From an uncultured bacterium (GTDB lineage: Bacteria > Omnitrophota > Omnitrophia > Omnitrophales > Aquincolibacteriaceae): a stretch of DNA of 64,000 nt. The translations under genes and the position numbers were made by a program. Positions 61,401 to 64,000 of the stretch are shown here, piece by piece. The stretch lies in NCBI GenBank assembly GCA_964562525.1, contig CAZLTL010000002.1:18468-82467 (forward strand), given 5' to 3'. Positions within the stretch are counted from its first letter, which is position 1, and every line of letters begins with the position of its first letter. The notes beneath the pieces were generated by a model. It saw nothing but the letters and a program-made list of their open reading frames with translations. It was not told the DNA's origin and searched no databases.

Positions 61401-64000
61401 GTTTTACCGCCGTCGCTGGATGGTAAAACCACGGATCAGCCGCAAGCGATTGTTCTTTCGCGTGATGTTGAAAGAACTTTGGGGCGGAGCTCATACGCCC
61501 AAAGCTGGATGCATCGCCCTGAAAACTTAAGCGATATTCTTCAAACTCACGCAGAGCTGGAAGGCGTACCGCAAGAAAAACGTGCCGCGCTTTCGGATTT
61601 AGCCGAATACCTTTCTTTTGCGGTGGGATCAATTTTCAACAGCGAAAAACCGGATAGCCACAATGTTTTGATCGTCGGTAAAAATACAAATCATGTTTTG
61701 GCGGTAAACGGATACCGGCATCCGGACGCGCCGCTTGCCGCGCATGGCGGAGCGAGCCAACTGCATGGGCACGCGCAGCATGTGAACGCTTATCTTCCGA
61801 TAAAAAACGCGCCGCCCGAGGCATTTACAAAAATCGCAACGCTTCCGCTGGGCGAAAATTCTGCCGACGTTTTAGTGATGAATTGGGAAGGCAAAACAGC
61901 GCTTGTGGTGGATTATGGTTCCCAACGCATTTTTATTTTCAGCCGACCGAATGGGAAGCCCGCCAAATTTGACGGCAATTTTTCATTTCTTGAATTGGGC
62001 GGGATGATCGTTGTCGCCTCTATTGCACGACTTTTTCAGTTGAATCAAGCCGAAACAGAGTCTTTGGCGCAAGCTCAGGATCCTTCGACCTGGCTTTTTG
62101 ATCATCGCAAGACCCTGGTGGAGCGCGGCGTTGATCCCCGTCTTTTAGATGATGCGCGCGAAGCGTTTTCCAGTCAGTCTGAGCCGATGACAGCGGATGC
62201 TGAAACAATGACGCGGCTTGCGTATGATTTGAAAGACTTGCATTATTTGCGCGGTTTTCAGGCAGCCGAAGAGTTCTCGCAAATTATCCGCGACCCGCTT
62301 TTTAGTGAGATGTCCTATTCGCCTACCGAGGTGGCAAAATTACTTTCGCAAGACATGCCCCGCTTTGAATGGGTGCGCAGCTTGGGCGGAAAACCCCTTT
62401 TGATCAGCACAAAGTTCCCGCAGGGAATTTTGGCGTTAATGATGCAGTTTCGTGAACTTGCGGTTTGGGGCCGCGAAGCAGAGCGCGGGCAAGTGGCGCT
62501 GCGCAGTATGCGTTTTCACGCGAAACGAGGGGATCTTTTCCGTTATTTGAAAGACTGGGCGCAAACAGGCGGAAAAAAACTTCAGCCGTTTACGCGTAAA
62601 ATCGAAAGCTTGGCGGAGCAATCCGAAAAATATTTACGCGAGGCGGAATCATTTTCCAATGCGGCACAGCAAGAGGCTTCTTTTGAGAAAGCCCTCGCGG
62701 CGAACTATGAGGCGCTGCAATTAATCGATCAGCTGGGTGAGTGGATGGCGGAAGAAGCATTGAAATTTTATCTGAGCGAAAGCAAGTTTTCTGAGCGGGA
62801 GTGGTTTTATCGAAACGTTGTTTCCAATCGCAATCTACGCAAATACATCAGCCGAATTTTGGCTAAAGATCCATCGGCTGTTAGTTTAAAAACGGATATC
62901 GCAGATGGTGTCCAAGCTTATCGCATCTCTTATCAAGGAAAGAATTTTATTCTTGGAATTAATACCGGCGCGATTTCTATCCCACAGGAAAAAGACGGTT
63001 TGCCCGACCGCGCTTTGGCGCATGTGTCCGTCAATGAAGAATGGAAATCTTTTTTGACGGAAGCAGGTGTGACAGGGCAGATGCGCTATCAAATTACAGA
63101 TGCTAAAACAGGAAAAACAGACCGGAGGTTTTTAAGTGCGGCGGAAGAGCTTCCGCTGGAAATTCCTAAGCCGGAGGGCTTGAGATTGCTTCAAATTGAA
63201 CCTCAAAGCAAAGCCGCGTTTGGGGTGAAGTCTCCGCAGCCTTCCGGTCTGAACGCGCGCGAAATACAAGCCTCCATTGAGCGCGCTTTGAATGATCCGG
63301 AGAGTCTCAAATTTACTCTCCAAGATTTGATCGATGAGGTTGAGGAAACGGCTGTCGATGAAGCCGGAAGAAAGAGGCTGACGGCGTTTATGTTTTTGAT
63401 CGCGGTTATTGAACCCGCCCTGATTGAAAAAGTTAAAAATTGGAATATTTTCGCTTACGCGCTATTGAAGCGGCTGATGGCTCAAAACCCCGAACTTTTT
63501 TCCAAACAAGCTGCTGTTGTTTTCCATAAGCCGGACCGTAATACTACGATTGTGCTTTCGCGGTCGCTGAATGGAGGCGGCAACGGCCAAAATATTGTTT
63601 TTGCTTTGCAATTCCATGATGCTCCCGTCAACCCCAATGACGGCAAAGTTTGGTCGGTTATCCGCGACTTAGGCTCTGATGACAAGCCGATTTCTTTAGA
63701 CCGCGACTCCATGTATCAGGTTCAAAATCTTTTGGAGCCAAACCAAACCATTTATGAAAGACCCGCTTCGGGCGCTGAGTTTATGCGGCATTGGGACATT
63801 GGTATTCCCGTAAGAGACGCGGGATCGGGACATTTGAAAAGACAGCATGGATGGGGTGTGGATGCTTACCGATTCTATCCTGTTTATCCTGAGACTCCGA
63901 AAGTGCGCCTTAAAACCTCTTTTGCTTTGCCGGTCATTCCCGAATTGATGGGTGCTTTTAATTTGATGGATGTAGGCGCAGAAAAAAGAACCGATGGAAC
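58470..64000 (+). CDS. second giant gene, partial (over 1843 aa within the window, 3' end beyond the window). Paralogous N-terminal domain to the first giant protein. Carries a TM helix and RSE[FM]R motifs
   Basis: Frame 0 is open from the ATG at 58470 to the window edge. No stop-bounded ORF is listed there; the other listed + ORFs are in another frame. Signal peptide MYQILSNNLGKHLRLVFAVFFFCAQVFPEVLPAFA. ETVFEGRNSGWVAIIKDAHAI and AAVVLGGFHAEALADSLRKKGISFVVLMP align with ESFEGTNGKHITFILDAHDS and AVLVFGGFHREGITEILRRNGFSYTVVIP of the first giant protein. TM helix WTLAVISAVVIGWQVW. Motifs TARSEFRED (aa 646) and ARSEMRVMP (aa 747). Confidence 0.8.
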   Translation, partial: MYQILSNNLGKHLRLVFAVFFFCAQVFPEVLPAFAQSSALPVAQFHLPEEEGHVETVFEGRNSGWVAIIKDAHAIPQTQNSIAQILERLEQSYGVDWVGAEGAAGIFQTQLFRSFPDPRVLKEKLSDFINRGELGGAAIAALNSKGAAVFEGIENPQTYEAGLRDYQRSRKDLEAWQSSLSQLEREVVLLKKKHYSLRAQSWDFKFARLDAPDPEARAWAGALLEMRRRIPYFSKKYPNLNAVWTEMRISRAGADSMRPRIQNWKEAMEQIDPALRQLAAWQADFQTWRTGSISDAEYAVRLQAFCDARELKMNLPESLSALVSLGGRLKALRGGAWVQEWRLARAEAEKLVFAGQAEKQVFELDQTLTKLKKAVDLKISRDEWIRLSQNENRNGNASGVHDAEIEAAKTELQNLNQRFLESAAADFYKGAVKREDYFENKLAQSLKAKKGRRAAVVLGGFHAEALADSLRKKGISFVVLMPATGAIPETTLYENLMRGEVSWSPYFKIVNGRIRIYESFAAAMIHRLLNLNQQKQKPEQVLAHFKSWRENLIRGILNSRQSQEALSALTLLDREILSSLYGEAFETAQAKALNQLAPSSFKDAQGLFRAASGMTLQPWAAAPLGDLDAATMEARVIAPELDVTARSEFREDDESEEGETGWIHLSAWTLAVISAVVIGWQVWKMYENADRFYTRQAELKAAEVQKQRLEIESKKKMEERRRELQLRKTKAKNAPFESKPKEQASARSEMRVMPRERKVSDQELSQLWKAKLESDGSFSKKVSNLEDLKIISDSAQEKGYVIVLPSVASVEQMLQLKFPAKIRIYPRQVEAENFEKAMEVMLERQIRAGRVVEKEGVLKWQPFMQIFEDGKTVIYVVYQKGKLVPELFEGGVPAEIQKNADHVFVFNPGRAKRPGAAAPAAQKLPDDHPDLNPPAKTIEVAPPFIESQIPEQMFFWSAAEGAQDLSQRWMVVVNRYPVLPPSLDGKTTDQPQAIVLSRDVERTLGRSSYAQSWMHRPENLSDILQTHAELEGVPQEKRAALSDLAEYLSFAVGSIFNSEKPDSHNVLIVGKNTNHVLAVNGYRHPDAPLAAHGGASQLHGHAQHVNAYLPIKNAPPEAFTKIATLPLGENSADVLVMNWEGKTALVVDYGSQRIFIFSRPNGKPAKFDGNFSFLELGGMIVVASIARLFQLNQAETESLAQAQDPSTWLFDHRKTLVERGVDPRLLDDAREAFSSQSEPMTADAETMTRLAYDLKDLHYLRGFQAAEEFSQIIRDPLFSEMSYSPTEVAKLLSQDMPRFEWVRSLGGKPLLISTKFPQGILALMMQFRELAVWGREAERGQVALRSMRFHAKRGDLFRYLKDWAQTGGKKLQPFTRKIESLAEQSEKYLREAESFSNAAQQEASFEKALAANYEALQLIDQLGEWMAEEALKFYLSESKFSEREWFYRNVVSNRNLRKYISRILAKDPSAVSLKTDIADGVQAYRISYQGKNFILGINTGAISIPQEKDGLPDRALAHVSVNEEWKSFLTEAGVTGQMRYQITDAKTGKTDRRFLSAAEELPLEIPKPEGLRLLQIEPQSKAAFGVKSPQPSGLNAREIQASIERALNDPESLKFTLQDLIDEVEETAVDEAGRKRLTAFMFLIAVIEPALIEKVKNWNIFAYALLKRLMAQNPELFSKQAAVVFHKPDRNTTIVLSRSLNGGGNGQNIVFALQFHDAPVNPNDGKVWSVIRDLGSDDKPISLDRDSMYQVQNLLEPNQTIYERPASGAEFMRHWDIGIPVRDAGSGHLKRQHGWGVDAYRFYPVYPETPKVRLKTSFALPVIPELMGAFNLMDVGAEKRTDG

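Overview
This 64-kb window covers the origin-proximal part of a bacterial chromosome. The core housekeeping block is conserved: parB-parA, parS sites, mnmG, yidC-rnpA-rpmH, then dnaA-dnaN-dciA(DUF721)-gyrB-gyrA-serS. Right after it comes a 'serine/arginine decoding' cluster: three tRNA-Ser isoacceptors, tRNA-Arg(ACG) and tadA. The left end holds a beta-glucoside utilisation operon (sugar-binding lipoprotein, GH94 phosphorylase, secreted DUF3131/GH144-like hydrolase). The middle holds a 2195-aa coiled-coil protein built from 711-bp tandem repeats, then pgm, an ABC exporter pair, corA and rlmN. The most unusual content is at the right end. A 5053-aa (15.2 kb) multi-domain, multi-pass membrane 'polyprotein-like' giant gene is followed, after ychF, by a second paralogous giant gene that runs off the window. 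Both open with a signal peptide and a TraB/GumN/Tiki-like domain. Both are punctuated by a recurring, protein-level-conserved R-S-E-[AMS]-R motif that sits at domain boundaries. The domains include a SAM-methyltransferase, GNAT, LuxR-type HTH, GDPD phosphodiesterase and a CheR-like methyltransferase. Further observations: a diverged leader-peptide copy of the SerS N-terminus upstream of serS; an att-like 30-bp duplication of the tRNA-Ser(GGA) 3' end; conserved tRNA 3' flanks; a small inverted-repeat intergenic element family; and candidate oriC/DnaA-box elements. No CRISPR, IS, integrase or rRNA was seen. Lineage cannot be determined from the sequence alone; giant genes plus a four-helix-bundle protein are reminiscent of uncultivated lineages, which is speculative.
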